Assembly: GCF_009914755.1 (NCBI RefSeq) | Contig: NC_060931.1 | DNA length: 64,000 nucleotides | Origin: the human T2T-CHM13v2.0 reference genome, Homo sapiens | Direction: 5' to 3' (one strand) | Position numbers and translations under genes: made by a program | Notes under the pieces: model-generated | The model's database searches: none | What the model was told of the DNA's origin: nothing | Seen by the model: only the letters and a program-made list of their open reading frames with translations | Part shown: piece after piece, positions 1 to 13,490 of the stretch | Position numbering within the stretch: position 1 is the first letter of the stretch | Layout of the letters: the number at the start of each line of letters is the position of its first letter

Positions 1-3000
1 TTCTCAAGTGTACACAAAACATTTCTCAGGGCAGATCACATTTTACATCACAAAAGAATCTTAACAAACAGAAGAAGACTGAAATCCTACCAATTATGTT
101 TTCCAGTCAGAATGGAAGAAAACTAGAAATCTACAGCAGTAGGACAAATGGAAAATACACAAACGTGGAAACTAAATAACACAATTTAAACAACCAATGA
201 GTCAAAGAAGTAATCAAAATGGAAAATAGAAAATATCTTGAGACAAATGAAAATAAAAACACAACATAGAAAACTTATGGGATGCAGCAAAGGCTGTGTG
301 TACTAAGGAAAGTTTATAGTGATAAAACACTAACATTAAAAAAGAAGAACACAAGTGAACAAATTAACTTTAAACCTCAAGGAACTGGAAAAAAAACAGC
401 TGAAGCCCAAATTTAGCATAAAAAGGAAATAATAAAGATTAGAGCAAAATATATAAAGAATACAAAAACGATAGGAAAAAATAAACAAAACTGAGTTTTT
501 TAAATGAAGTAGTTATCTTTTCAAAGCTAAACAAAACCTGTAGCTAGACTAAGAAAAAAAGAGATTTAAATAAATAATCAGAAATAAAAAAGGAGACATT
601 GAAACTGATGCCATGAGAATAAAAAGGATAATGAGAGAATATTAGCATTGTATGCTTTCTGAATAACCTAGAAAAAAAATGAATCAAACCCTAGAAAGAT
701 ATAGCTTACCAAGGTTAAGTCAAGAAGAAATAGATAACTTCACTGATGAAATACAACTAGATTTAAAGAAAAATTAATGCTGGGTCTTCCCAAACTCTTC
801 CAAAATATTGAAGAAGAGGGAACACTCCCAAACTCATTTTATGAGGCCAGTATTACCCTGATAACACAGCAAGACAATGACACAACAAGAAAAGAAAACT
901 GCAGGTCAATATCTCTGATGGATATAGAATTTAAAATCCATAATAAAATACTAGCGAACTGCATCCAACAGCACACTAAAATGTTCATACACCACGACAA
1001 TGTAGGTGTTATTTCTAGGATGCAAAGATGACTCAACATATAAATATCAATATAACATATCACATTAAAGGAATGAAGAGTATACATTACATGATCATCT
1101 TAATAGATGCACAGAAAGCATTTGAAAAATTCAACACACTTTCACGGTAAAATCTCAGCAAATTAGGTATACAAAGAAATTACTTTAACATAATAAAGAA
1201 CATACATAAAAGTCTATGGCTAACATCACATTCTATGGTGAAAAACTGAAAACCTTCCCTCTAAATTCAAGAATGAGGCAAATATGCCTATTCTTGTCAC
1301 TTCTACTATAATAATAAATGTCCTAGCAAGAGCAATTAGACAAGAGAAGGAAATAAAAGTCCTCAGAAAGAGAAAAAAGAAGTAAAATTGTCCCTGTTTG
1401 TGGATGACCTGATCTCACATATTGAAAATACCAAAGACTCCACCAAAAACCAAAAATGAAAAAAATCTTTTAGAATGAACAAATAAAACAATAAAATTGA
1501 AGGATACAAAATCAAGATACAAAAATAAGTTTTTTATAGTAAGTTTTTGTGTTTCTATGCATTAGCAATGAAATATCTGAAAAGGAGATTACCAAAACAA
1601 TCCCATCTAAAAAAGCATTTAAAAATACTTAGGAATAACCTTAACTAAGGAGGTGAACAATCCTGTGTAATGAAAAGTACAAAACATCAATGAAACAAAG
1701 AAGACACAAGTTGAAATACATCCTGCACTTATCAATTGTCAAGCATAATGTTTTTAAAATATCCATAACCAAAATAACCAATGCAATCCCCATACAAATT
1801 GCAATTGTTGTCTTCACAGAAGTAGAAAAATAGCTTAAAGTTTATATGGAAGCCCCAAAGACCCCAAATAGCCAAAACAATTTTGAGAAAGAATAAAGCT
1901 AGAGGCATCACACGTCTTGATTCCAAAGTATAGCACAAGTCTACACTAATTGAAACAGTATGGTACTAGCATAAAGATAGACATATATAGATCAATAGAG
2001 CAGAATATTATATCCCAGAAATATATCCATACACTTATGGTCAACAGAACTTTGACAAGGGTGACAAAAATATAAAATGGGAAATAATAATTTCTTTAAC
2101 AAATAGTATTGGGAAAACAACATCCAAATGTAAAAACACTTAATTTGAACCCTTATCTTACATCATACGCAAAAACACAAACTCAAAATAAATTAAGGCC
2201 TTAAATTTAAGACCGGAAACTGTAATAGTAACAGAAGAAAACATGGAGAATAAGCTTCATGACATTGGGCTTGGCAATGATTTCATAAATATGATACCAA
2301 AGGCACAGACAGCAAAAACAAAAGTGAACAAGTGGGATTACATCTAACTAAAAGCTTGTGTGCAGCAAAGATAATAAGCAACAAAATGAAAAGGCAACCT
2401 ATCAAATGGGAGAAAATATTTGCAAACCAGATATCCAATGAGATTAATTAACAAAATAAAAAAGGGATTTCTGCAACTCAAAGTAAAATCATATCAACAA
2501 AAACAAACCTACTAATCCTATTTTAAAAAGTGGCTAAGGATTTGAATAGACATTTCTCCAAAGTAGTCATACGAATGGCCAGCAGGCCTATGAAAAGATG
2601 CTTAACATCACTAATCATCAGGGAAATGCAAATAAAAACCACAATACAAGTTATCACTCCACACATGTTGATATGGTTAATATTAAATAATAATAATAGT
2701 AACAAATCTTGGCAGTTAAGAAATTGAACTCCTGTGAACTGTTGGTAACATGTAAAATGGTGCAGCTCTTATGGAAAACAATATGGGATTTTTTTCAAAA
2801 AATTTTAAAAAAGAACTAAAATATGATCTAGAAATTCTACTTCTAGGTATTTATCCAAAAGAACTTAAGTTAGGATCTCAACAAAATAATGCACTCTCAT
2901 GTTCATTGCACCATTATTCACAATAGTCACGGTGTGGAAACAACTTTAATGTCTATCAGCAGGATGGGTGGATGAAGAAAATGTGATATATAAATACAAT

Positions 3001-3385
3001 GGAATATTTTCAGCCTTAAGAAAGAATTTTTGCCATATGTGACAATGTGGATGAACCTTGAGTACCTTATGCTAAGTAAAATAAGCCAGACACAGAGAGG
3101 CACATTCCACTAATATGCAGTATCTGAAATAGTCAAATTATTAGAAACAGAAAATAGCATAATTGTTGCCAGTGTCTGGGGAGATAGAGTGACATGGGAA
3201 GTTGCTAACCCATTGGCATGAAGTTTCAGGAATGCAAATATGTCAGTTTTAGAGATCTATTGCAATATACTGTGCCTGTAGTTAACAATACTGTTATTGG
3301 ACACTTAAACATTTCTTATGAGGGTAGATTTCATGTTAAGTGTTCTCACTACTATAAAAACTATAAATAAATAAATAAACAAATA
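1..3385 (+). mobile_element. Old L1 (L1MA/L1MB-like): decayed ORF2 and 3'UTR; continues beyond the left edge of the window
   Basis: ORF2 peptides ([26 protein letters not shown]; [10 protein letters not shown]...IREMQIKTT). 3'UTR motif gagatctattg...gttaacaatactg...gtagatttcatgttaagtgttctcac. (AAAT)n tail near 3365-3385. Roughly 80 bp internal deletion near 740. Confidence 0.93.
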
Positions 3386-3874
3386 AGAGTAGGAGTACTA
3401 TTTTCTAACTGTCTTACAATGTGCAAGGATCCTCTCTCTGGGACAATACTTCATTTTGTCAGTCAGGTCAGAGTGTCAGTTCCATTCCTTTATCAATGAG
3501 TTCAGAGTAAACACTTTCAGCCTGTCTGGAATACGAAAGTAGCTGAAAATGTAGAGATTCATTGTCCACTCTCTATGAAAAGAACAGAGTCACAGAATTT
3601 TGAGATTACTATTAATACAGGTTAAATTGTAATCATGGCTCAAAGCTCTCACCTTCCTCAATATGTGGGAAATCGGGAGCAGTATTCCTTTGGGTACATT
3701 AGAGTAGAGCAATAATTCAAAGACCTGTTATATAACTAGAGAGCTTAGACAAGTATGTGTTGTATGCATGATAGTTGATTTCTAGTTTTTACATGCATCA
3801 AATAATTGTCAAAGTGTTCTACATTCCACTGCACATAAATTTCCTCACACAGTCCATGGATTTATTTTTTTTCG

Positions 3875-4170
3875 ACGAGTAATGATTGAATGTACTATGT
3901 TCCAGAAATACGCTGAGGTTACAAAACCTCAGAAATAGTCTGAGGTTACAAAAACATGTTAGATGTAGTGCTTGCCCACAAGGAATATTTGAATAAGGGA
4001 TATAGGCATGTAATTCATAATTATAGTGTTATAAGTGCCTATGATTAGAGTATGGAATGGGTGGTATGGAATTACATAGAAGGGGTATCTAAATAAGGTG
4101 AGGGATTAAAAAAATTTTTGAAGAGATGAACTACTTCAGTTATACATAAAAAATGAAGAGAATAATGAGA
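3875..4170 (-). mobile_element. Degenerate L2 fragment
   Basis: attgaatgtactatgttccag...cttgcccacaaggaat resembles the L2 3' region in antisense. Confidence 0.5.
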
Positions 4171-4334
4171 AAGATATAATATAAAAGTTCATAAAGCTAT
4201 TAAGTAGGGGGATTAATAACCGTTGAGGGAGAAAAAAACTGTGCTTTAATATATCACTAAGTCTAAGTCATAAAGTAATTATATTTTATAAGAATTTTGT
4301 TAATTTTGATCATTAAAAAGTGATCTATTTAATT

Positions 4335-4765
4335 TTTGTGGCAAAGCTGCTCATTGTCCCCCAATATACATTAACTTTTTTATCAGTAAGGGAGCTAGGC
4401 CTAGTGTAAAGCTTACAGCTAAGATTGGTCTATAATTAATGATTAAATTCTGGTCCATAGGATATAAACAGGAGCAATGTCCTTAAAAAACAGTAACATA
4501 TCCTTCTCTATCCCTTCCTCCTTACAGGTGGTAAGCATACAGACATGTTGGCTGAAGGTGAACAGTCTTTTTGGACAATGCTGTAATAATTGCAAGTTGA
4601 AGATGGCAGAGAAAAACATACAGGAGCCCAAGTCCCTGCTGGCCCCATGGACCAGCATCCCACTCCCACCCATGGATTAGCTATCCTGGGCTCTTTTTTT
4701 TTTAATTGGAGAGAGAAACAAATATGCATATCAGAGTTTTCTATTACTCAGAGCCAAACGATCAT
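4335..4765 (+). mobile_element. Old MaLR LTR (MLT1J/K-like)
   Basis: gaagatggcagag...ggagcccaagtccctg...catggaccagc core typical of old MLT1 LTRs. Confidence 0.6.
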
Positions 4766-4834
4766 AATGAATACAGTTTTATTCTTACAACCCTCTTTTA
4801 AAAAATATTTTGTAAATGAATGACAAAGTTAAGT

Positions 4835-5050
4835 AGAATAACAGTTAACATTTCTAGATCACCTCTGGTGGCCTAACACTTTACCTAGGTATATGTATCT
4901 CATCTAAGTCTCTCAGCATCCCTTGAGGTAGGCCTTATTATTAGCTGCTCCAATTTACAGTGGTGAAGGCTCAAGGTCAAAGAGGTAGTGAAGAGATCAA
5001 TCAGGATTTGAACCAGGCAGTTGAAATCGAGTGTCTGGCTCTTCCTGTCT
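4835..5050 (-). mobile_element. MIR SINE
   Basis: cccttgaggtagg...tattatt...ccaatttacag and ggatttgaaccaggcag MIR core motifs. Confidence 0.75.
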
Positions 5051-5783
5051 TGCATATTTTGCCTTCCCTAACTAGATACAAACTAAGAAAAACAAAACAA
5101 TTGAATTTTTTTTCTGAAATCATGAAGACAAAATTAATAAATTCATTGAGTTTTCAAAATATATTTTCTGTCCTTTTCACTAGGCATGCAAACTGCAATA
5201 TGTTTAAAAAACAAAGCTACCTGAAAATAATACATTTTAGATATACATGTTCTAGGAATCATGTTCATGAATTTAAGATAGAAAAAGCTGAAATCTCAAC
5301 AGCATATAAAAACATAAACTTCTGAAAATATAAATTAAATAACAACTTTTTAAATTACTTTTAAATAGACAGACATCCAATTCATATAACTCTACCATTC
5401 CTGCATGTTTTCAACTGATGTATTACTTCTCCTATTATTAAGTCAGCAGTCAATGACAGCAGGAACTTTTTCCTGTAAAATATAGATGGTCATATAATTT
5501 CCAGTCTGGACTGGACTTAGAGAAAACCTAATTCAATCTGTTTAATTTATCAATAAAAAAACTATTAGAGAATTAGAAGAACTACATGTTGTAGCAACTT
5601 AATTACAGTTCGAATTGTATTTAGATCTAGTTCTAATTGTAAATCTAGTAACAGCTTCACTACGTCTCATGTATGAAAAGAATCTTCTGCCTCCATTTGA
5701 TGGAAAAGTAGGCAATCTGCTTAAGATATTTACAGGCTAAATATCCCTGTACAGGTTGAGGGTTTCATGGTGTCTATTATTTG

Positions 5784-5955
5784 CTTTAATTATTTATTTA
5801 TTTATTTATTTATTTTTATTTATAGAGATGGGATCTTGCTATGTTACCTAGGCTGGGCTCAAACTCCTGGCCTCAAACTCCTGGCCTCAGTGATCCTCTT
5901 TCTACAGTTTCCCAAAACACTTGGATTATAGACATGAGCCATCATGCTCGGCCAA
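5784..5955 (-). mobile_element. Alu monomer (FLAM_C/AluJ left-arm-like) with (TTTA)n tail
   Basis: Antisense Alu left arm. Perfect 15-bp TSD GGTGTCTATTATTTG at 5769-5783 and 5956-5970. Internal tandem duplication of ctcaaactcctggc. Confidence 0.93.
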
Positions 5956-7549
5956 GGTGTCTATTATTTGATAGTAAATATAATATTATTTGAAAATAAT
6001 AGTAGTTTATTGTACTCAATGTATCAGCCAGGCAAAAGTTTCTAGTCTGGAGATGGTTATTTGTAGGTTTATAAACCACTGAAATTGCATAGCAAAATAT
6101 TTACATGTAATTGTACATTCTTCTGAGGAATGAGTACATAGTTTTTTTAGATATTCAAAGTATTGAATAATTGAAAAACATTGAGAGAAGTGCCCACTTC
6201 AAATGTCCTGATTATCTGCTGAAGCATTTTTTCCTCACCACTTCATTCACAATTATTTGCTCTTATTTTTTTTTTCTGCAATAATTTGGAAACTGAGACA
6301 TAATCCAGATAAAAGGAAAAAAGGATGTCCATAATTGCTCTGGGACAATTGCCCCATTAAGTAAAACAGTAAAACAAATAAAAACAAAACACAAAATGTG
6401 AATGGCTTGGATGAAATAGTTGCAATGAGAAGGCAGCAGTGTGAGTATTCGCTGCCGTCATAGAACATACGTGTAATCCTGAGAAAGAGGCAGAAGAGAA
6501 ATGTTCCTTGAATAAGCTCCCTTCTTATCTTTTAGCAAAAAAAAAAAAAAAAGTGAACTGGTTTTTAAATATCACACCGTTTAGGAAAATGGATCATGAA
6601 ACACATTTGACTTCACAGGTATTTCACATTAACTTATTCTTTAGGTATGGTGATGGCTGAAAGATACAAATGAAATAATTGTTCATGAGACTGTCAAAAA
6701 CACCAATCATGCAGCACATCTCACACTCTTAACTAAGAACATTCGGCTCAGTTAGGAGTCTCCATCTAAAAAGAGTTTCAATATAAAGTAAACATGGCAA
6801 ATGATTTCTCCTCCTTCCTTTGGAGAGGTCACGTTTGAGGTTCACCAGCGATGCAAGATGGGAAAGCCTGGCTTGTGCTCACCTGCTAAGAGTTCAACAG
6901 AGAGCTTGCACAGTCAATGCCTGGTGTTTAATGGGCAGCGCTGAATTTATCACCTGAAACTCTAACAAGCTAATAAGCCATTTATTAATTTGTGTTAGTT
7001 TGGGCACCATAGAATTGCCCTAACTTGAAAACAACCACCCTCCCAAGATATGCGAAAATTCTCAGGCAAAGTAGTTGCATGCATTGCTTTGGAAAATCAA
7101 GTTTACCAGGCAGGTTTTGTTGTGCTCTTCTCAGCATGGTTCTTAGTATCTAAAGTGCCACCACATGTTGTAACAATAAAGCTATTGCTTATCAATCAGA
7201 CCAAGTTGACAACCAACAAATGCTGCTATGAGTTGTTGTAGGCTGGATTACAATCCTCTCCTTGGTAACCCATCAGTGTGTGTCTAATAAGCAGTGTTCA
7301 GTAATGTTCAGGGTAGTAAACTCATGTAGAAACACTTAAAAATTACAATAAAAACAACAACAGAACAAACAAAACAAGAAAGAAAGGCTATGTGTGGAGA
7401 AACTTTTCCAGAAACAACTAATTGTAAAAGTACACAGTTTCCACAAGGGGACAAATACACTCCTTTTTAAAGACTTGAATAATTCTAGACAACACCATGT
7501 TTTTTATTAAAACCTAACCTTACAAGTAACACTGAACTGTTCTTAAAGA

Positions 7550-8100
7550 TTGATGGGCATTCATCACCCTCCTCTTTGATGGAAGGTGTTGATACATTTT
7601 TGGTGGTAGCTTAGCTACATCCTTCTTTAACTCTTTCAGAAGTTTTAGATGAAGACCATTTGAACATAGTGATTTATGGCCACTTAATTTCTCATATTTT
7701 TTCAATCAGGTCTTTGTTTTGATTTCTCTGACAGTTCTCCACCTTCTTTTTTTGTACGAAGTAATTCCAGAGTAGATACTTCTTCATCATCCTGGAAAGC
7801 AAGCCAAGCACAAAGCATCCATTCAGTCTCTTTGTATTTTTTGCTATCTCTTTGGAATGTTTCATTCCCAACATCGTCTAATAGGTCAATATAATCTTCA
7901 GTGGATTTTGCATTTCTGATATAATTGTCACTTGTCTAAAGGGAATTCTTTTATTATGCACTTCGGAGTGACTTGTGATTTTTTTTGACATTATCCCTAA
8001 AGATCAGTATTGTGGTCTCTGATCACTTCTCCTCCATCTTTTCCAAACTCAAACATCTAACCTTCATATTTACTTTTGTTGGTGTTCACAAATCTCTGAT
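7550..8100 (-). mobile_element. Ancient CR1/L3 LINE ORF2 fossil (region just upstream of RT)
   Basis: Minus-strand peptides NYIRKCK..TEDYIDLLDDVG, KRLNGCF and EKLSGHKSLCSNGLHLKLLKELKKDVA match CR1 ORF2 motifs YIRSK..ENIGPLL, LNxFF and KLxxHKSxGPDGIHPRVLKEL in the right order. Confidence 0.7.
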
Positions 8101-9233
8101 AATGTATCCTTAGACAGGGTATATGGTATTTCTATGTATTTAAGTTTCCTACCTTTTTCCTTTTGGACCTTTCTAACTAATCTCCTTGTTGTTGTTTTTC
8201 TTAAACTTATCAAAATTTGAGTATCTATATGTGTCCCTTTGATGTAAAGTTTTCTATGAAAATGTCAAATGTGATTATGTCATCACTACTGCTAATTTTT
8301 AAATTTATCATCTTTTACCTTAGACCAATGAGTCAAAAGTCACAGAAGCTATACCAACACTCTAATTTCCTAAATGATGTGCTTGTAAAAAAAGTATTTA
8401 TCCCACAGTGATACAAGTTTCATGACTTAAGTACAATGTACAAATCTTGTTATTTTTATGCCACCTTTTAAAATGTGCCAGTCATGTCAAAATAGCCAGA
8501 ACAAGTTTCCCCATCTACCAACCCTGTCCCCAGACTTGCCACTGCTGTCCCATGCTCTATATAACATGTCTTTGTTGTAATGCAAAGTTTATGTCTTGTA
8601 TTTTAATATGATAAATCAATCACAATGAAACATAGGTTTCTTATTAACACACGTCAATCACTCTTTGGTACTCCACCAACACTTATGTATAGTAACCATA
8701 GTTTATCTTTCTTTGTATAAATAAAACAATGTGTCTCTCTCACTTTTCTAACCATTTCAATGTAATGCCTAGTGTCAGACAAACCAAACTAAGCAGTGGT
8801 GAACCTATTCTTACTTCTTCCAGATTGAATAAATCTAATCAAATAGTTTTTGTATCACCACAGATTCTCTTTTGGAAGAAACCATGAAAGAATTGCCAAA
8901 TTCCTGGATTAACTGAAAAACATACAAATATTTCAGCAAAATCTTAAAGTGACTTTGTAAAAAATCATAAACCCAGTATATACTTTGCTGTTACTAGGGA
9001 CATTTGTTCTGAACTTAGATCTTAGACTATTTTATAATCACCTATTTCTCTTATATGGATTATTCAGATTACCAGATCACTTACAGACCTCATTGTCAAT
9101 ATTTACACAGTTTACAGAAAACACACCTGGCTCTGTATCCAACTGGTAATATTTGCACTTAAATTCAGATTCAGAGTATCCTATCCTTGGAAGGAACTCA
9201 GGCCTTTCACAAGATAAACAGGCTTCAGACAAA

Positions 9234-9669
9234 TGTTATGGATGGATTGTATATCTCCCAGATTCACATGTTGAAGTCCTAACCCCAAAAGTACCTTGAA
9301 ATGTGGTCTTATTTGGAAATAGGGTCATTACAGATGTAACTAGTTAAATTGAGGTTATACTACAGTAGGGTAGGCCCCAAAACCATATGACAGGTATCCT
9401 TATAAAAAGGAAATATTTGGACAGAGAAACACACACACACGGAGAATTCTATGTGAATATTGGTGTTAAAATGCTACAAGCCAATGAACAACCAGAAGCT
9501 AGGAAAAAGGGTTGGAACTGATCTTCCCATATCCTTACAGGGAATACAGCCCTGTCAAAAACTTGATCTCAGACTTTTGGCCTCCAGAACTGTGAAACAA
9601 TTCCATTTCATTTGTTTAAGCCACCCAGTTTGTGATATTTTGTTATGGACTTTTTAGCAAAATAATGCA
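9234..9669 (+). mobile_element. Solo MaLR LTR (MLT1B-like)
   Basis: TG...CA ends, MLT1 motifs (gttgaagtcctaacccc, tttggaaatagggtc, ggcctccagaactgtga, tttaagccacccagtttgtg), perfect 5-bp TSD ACAAA. Confidence 0.92.
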
Positions 9670-9829
9670 ACAAAATTCAGTATCATTAATCAATATCAAA
9701 TAATGAATCAGGCAAATAATGAATGATGGGCGGAGAAAAGGGAAATTAATACAATTTTGAAGGATTGTTATTTTATATAATCCTGAAGTGTAAATTTTTT
9801 CTATAATTGCTGGTTAATTATCAGCTTGC

Positions 9830-10020
9830 TCTTCAGAACCCGCATAGCACTTGTTTCATATGTATGTTAACAGTGCTTTTCACACAGTTATGATCATTTA
9901 TCTTCAGGTCTGTCTCTGTCATTATCTCGAAATCGAAGAAGCCTGGGACCACTTGTAGCTTCTTCACCTCAGAATCCTATAATGGTACATGACACATAGT
10001 ACATGTTCATTAAATGTCTT
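9830..10020 (+). mobile_element. L2 3' end
   Basis: catagcactt...gtctgtctct...gacacatagtacatgttcattaaatgt, an L2 tail pattern. Confidence 0.65.
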
Positions 10021-11339
10021 CAAAAAACGATGAGACTATCTTTGCCATCATATTTAGAATTTTAGCTAGATTGTTATTTAAGTAAGATTTTTACTCAAAA
10101 TAGTAATAAACGAGACATACAAAACAGTTCCAGACTGGACTCTCACCATATCTTTTTTCAACATGATTACTACAAATGAGATATACTGTTTTTTAAAAGG
10201 GTTTTAGAAGACCAAATTTACTGATGATATAGTGGACTGAAAAGTAAGAGTGAAGAGACAGAAAGCAGTCCCTGGCCTCTGAACTAGATTTCTATTTGTA
10301 GATTCGTAGTTGTTGTCTGTTTCTCAGAACTTAGCATTAAGAGAAGGCATAAAAATATTGCCATGTGTTAACCTCTATTATAGACCCAGCTTGTCCTGCT
10401 AGGCCAGGGATGGAAGTATGCGAGCTGAAACACACATCTTAATGTGAACCAGACTTGGTGGGGGATTCACCACTGTATCTTGCCAGGTATTCAAGCCTTC
10501 CAGATATTCTGCATCTTTTGATGATCTGCCTATAAATTCTTTCGGTCTCAGAAACTGAGCCCAATATTTCTTCTCCTCCTCCTCCCTCTGACCTCCGCTG
10601 TGTCTCATCTGCATTGTACAGTCTGACACAAGCTACCATGGTTTTGTCTCACTTTCATTTTGCTGCATCTGTTTCACTGCATAACCCAGATAATTGTGTT
10701 TCCAAGCATAGCCTGGAAATCTGATTTCTGTTCCTGATAGATAATTCAGTTTTATTTTTCTGACTCCGTGTCTTAACCCATTAAGAAATATCCAAGACAT
10801 GGCAGTTAATCACAAGTGTGGAAGCATAGATTTCTGATCTCTGTCCCCAGATGTATGTGAAGTGGTCCTGCATTTGATCTTGAAAGATGTGTTCCCCAGG
10901 TAACTGCTATGAACAAGAGCTACTATTGGTGGGCTCCTGTATCTTAATCAAAGGGGAAGAAATAAAGCATTTACAAACACTATTTCTGAATCTCATTAGT
11001 TCAAAACATATTGGGTATATTTATACAGTATTGCTGATTAAGTTTGCTTTGTACTGAAACTATTTATTGTAGATTCTTATTGATTTTCAACAATCTTCCA
11101 TGAGATTTAAGTTACTGAGAAAAAGTTGTAAGTTTTCTCTCACTGTCATTATATTCCATCTCAAAAACATTTGATATAAATACAATGGAGATTTAAAAAT
11201 ATTTGATACTACTACAATGGAGATTGAAAGTTGAAAGACCCCAGATTCAATGAAGCTTAAAGTTGTCTGTTGGGCTGATAAAATATTTTTAAGGTTTATT
11301 TGTCAACAAGATTTAAAGGCAGTATATTTCCACCCACTT

Positions 11340-11570
11340 CCCTTCATGTAAAACAAAAACAAAACTAAATTCTGAATCTCCAACTGATGTTGAAAAAAAA
11401 AATGAAAGATCTGGCAACATAATACTTACATTTCCACATGACTGAAATTGACTATAATATGGTATGTTTAGTTTGCCAGAATCCCCACCTCTCCCTCTTA
11501 TCCCTACCAAACTTACTTCATTCACGAGAGATAGCTGCTGGCTCCTGTATTAATTTAAATAACCTGTAAA
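11340..11570. mobile_element. MER102-like hAT DNA transposon fragment
   Basis: gaaagatctggcaaca...catttccacatg...gtttgccagaatccccacc...cttcattca...ctggctcctgta. Confidence 0.6.
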
Positions 11571-12082
11571 TTGCCCAAGATGTTGATGTTTTATGCAGAT
11601 GATTTCAGTAGGATGAATTCTACATCTTACTGAAAAAAATGTTTTTCAATAGAATTGTGTTTTTTGTTGGGTGTAACTTGCCCATAAACTGACCCACTCA
11701 GTACAGATACATATGTCCCAAGTGTTAGCCTTTCTTAGCAGAACTTTGACCTTGTGTATATAAGCTTTTTGTTCAATAAGGAAAACCATCAATTACGTTA
11801 TGTTGTTTGGTACCAAAAATGCTTTGATCTTTTTTAAGGGTATTTATTACAAAGGAAAGCAGGGTGAGAACCCTCTGACAGACATGAGGCCATGAGGCTT
11901 TATATGAAAACCTCAAGCATCTGTGACTGACTGGCATAAAACCATGGGTATAAAACGCTTCAGATCTGATCCACCTCACCTTTCTGGATTTGATTTCTAG
12001 CTTTTCTACTCACTAGGTATGTGTTTGTGGAAAAATCCCAATCTTCCTGAGCCTGAATTTTTAAATTTGTCACATTATTTCT

Positions 12083-12316
12083 TTTTTCATGTACTTTTAA
12101 ACAATTTTATTTTAGGTTTGGGGGTACATGTGAAGGCTTGTTACATACATAAACACATGTCTTGGGGGTTGTTGTACATATTATTACATCACCCAGGTAT
12201 TAAGCTCAGTACCCAATAGTTATCCTTTCTGCTCCTCTCCCTCCTCCCATCCTCCCACCTCAAGTAGATCCCAGTGTCTGTTGTTCCCTTATTTGTGTTC
12301 TCAAGTTCTTATCATT
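12083..12316 (-). mobile_element. 5'-truncated L1PA15/16-like 3'UTR
   Basis: gggggtacatgtgaagg...catcacccaggtattaagc...cccacctcaagtagatcccagtgtctgttgttccc. TSD CATTATTTCT at 12073-12082 and 12313-12322. Confidence 0.88.
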
Positions 12317-13049
12317 ATTTCTAAGATTCCAAATATGATCTCTAAAAACCCACTGAATTCCTTAGAAAACTTCAATAAGACTCCATTGCATTTTGAAAGT
12401 TATCATTCTAATTAGCACATTAGAAATTCATGGCCACAACTCAAACGTTTTACAGTAAAACCATTTTGCAAATTACCCTAAAGTTGCTGAACTCGTTGGT
12501 CTATGGGTAGTATATTGAGTGTTTTTTTTTTAAAAAAACTTCATATTTTCATCACAGTATGTTAAATTTCAGATGGAATTTCACCCTAGAATCTATTCGA
12601 ACTGCTAAAGGTTTTGAATGTATTAAATTGCAATTCAACTCTCTGACACCTCCCCACTTTCTGTTTCATCTTAAAAATAGGCTCTACCTCTCCCCTGAGT
12701 ATTAGAAGTCTGAAAAGAAGAGCTGTCTCCATGAAGATGGGCCAAATGCCCTCCCTCCTGTGGCTGATTGTGCTACATCATCCCAACATGATAAACCAGA
12801 AATCTTTGAGTGAGTTTAACTTCCTATCCGTCCCTGATCCTGCAACACCCAACTAGTCATATAATTTGTGCATTACTTATATCCATCCCCTAGCCAACCT
12901 GTTGAGGTTTTGTAACAAACTCTTTGCCCAAGGCCTGTCCCCTTAAAAATCTGTGACAGTATTTTCAAACTGGTACTTCTGCAACATGTGCTTAACTATT
13001 TCTTTCTTTTTCATAAAACCACTGTCCTCTTTTTCACAGCATTGTGAAG

Positions 13050-13170
13050 TCAGCATGTAATGGTCATAAGAACACAAGACTTGGGGAAGGTGACAAGCCA
13101 GGGTTTATATTGATGCTCTCCATTGTTAGCTACATAGTCACAGAAAGTAGCTGACTATGTTTGAAAGGCA
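13050..13170 (+). mobile_element. MIR fragment
   Basis: agcatgtaatggtcataagaacacaagactt...gggtttatattgatgctctccattgttagct. Confidence 0.5.
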
Positions 13171-13189
13171 GGTATTAAAAACATTACTT

Positions 13190-13490
13190 TAGGGGAAAGA
13201 GGTATATAGGTTTTACGTGTCACCACAGAAGGCAAAACTAGGACTTCCTGATAGATATGATAGGAGTATATATTTTCAACGTAATACACTGAAAAATCTT
13301 CATTGAAGCAACTTCAAAATGAAATTTAATGTTTTATGAAACACAATTTCTTCATCCTTAAATGTATTTTAGTAGAGAAAATGTGACTACGAGTTAAAGA
13401 AAGAAATGCATGTATCAGATGAGAAAGAAGGGAGGTTGCATGAGGAAGCAGCAAAAGATGTTTCCAATCTGAGATTTTCAAATTCTCTAG
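13190..13490 (+). mobile_element. CR1/L3 3' end
   Basis: cagaaggcaaaactaggac...ttccaatctgagattttcaaattct matches the L3 terminal region. Confidence 0.6.

Noticed and set aside
6425-6461. Stem-loop ggcagc...gctgcc as an IRE or SECIS
   Set aside because: CAGTGT is not closed by a paired 5-bp upper stem, and the minus-strand ATGA..AA lacks the 3' GA of the SECIS quartet
10851-10899. Possible 49-nt plus-strand exon (ccccag|...CAG|gtaact)
   Set aside because: Weak donor, no recognisable peptide and no supporting context
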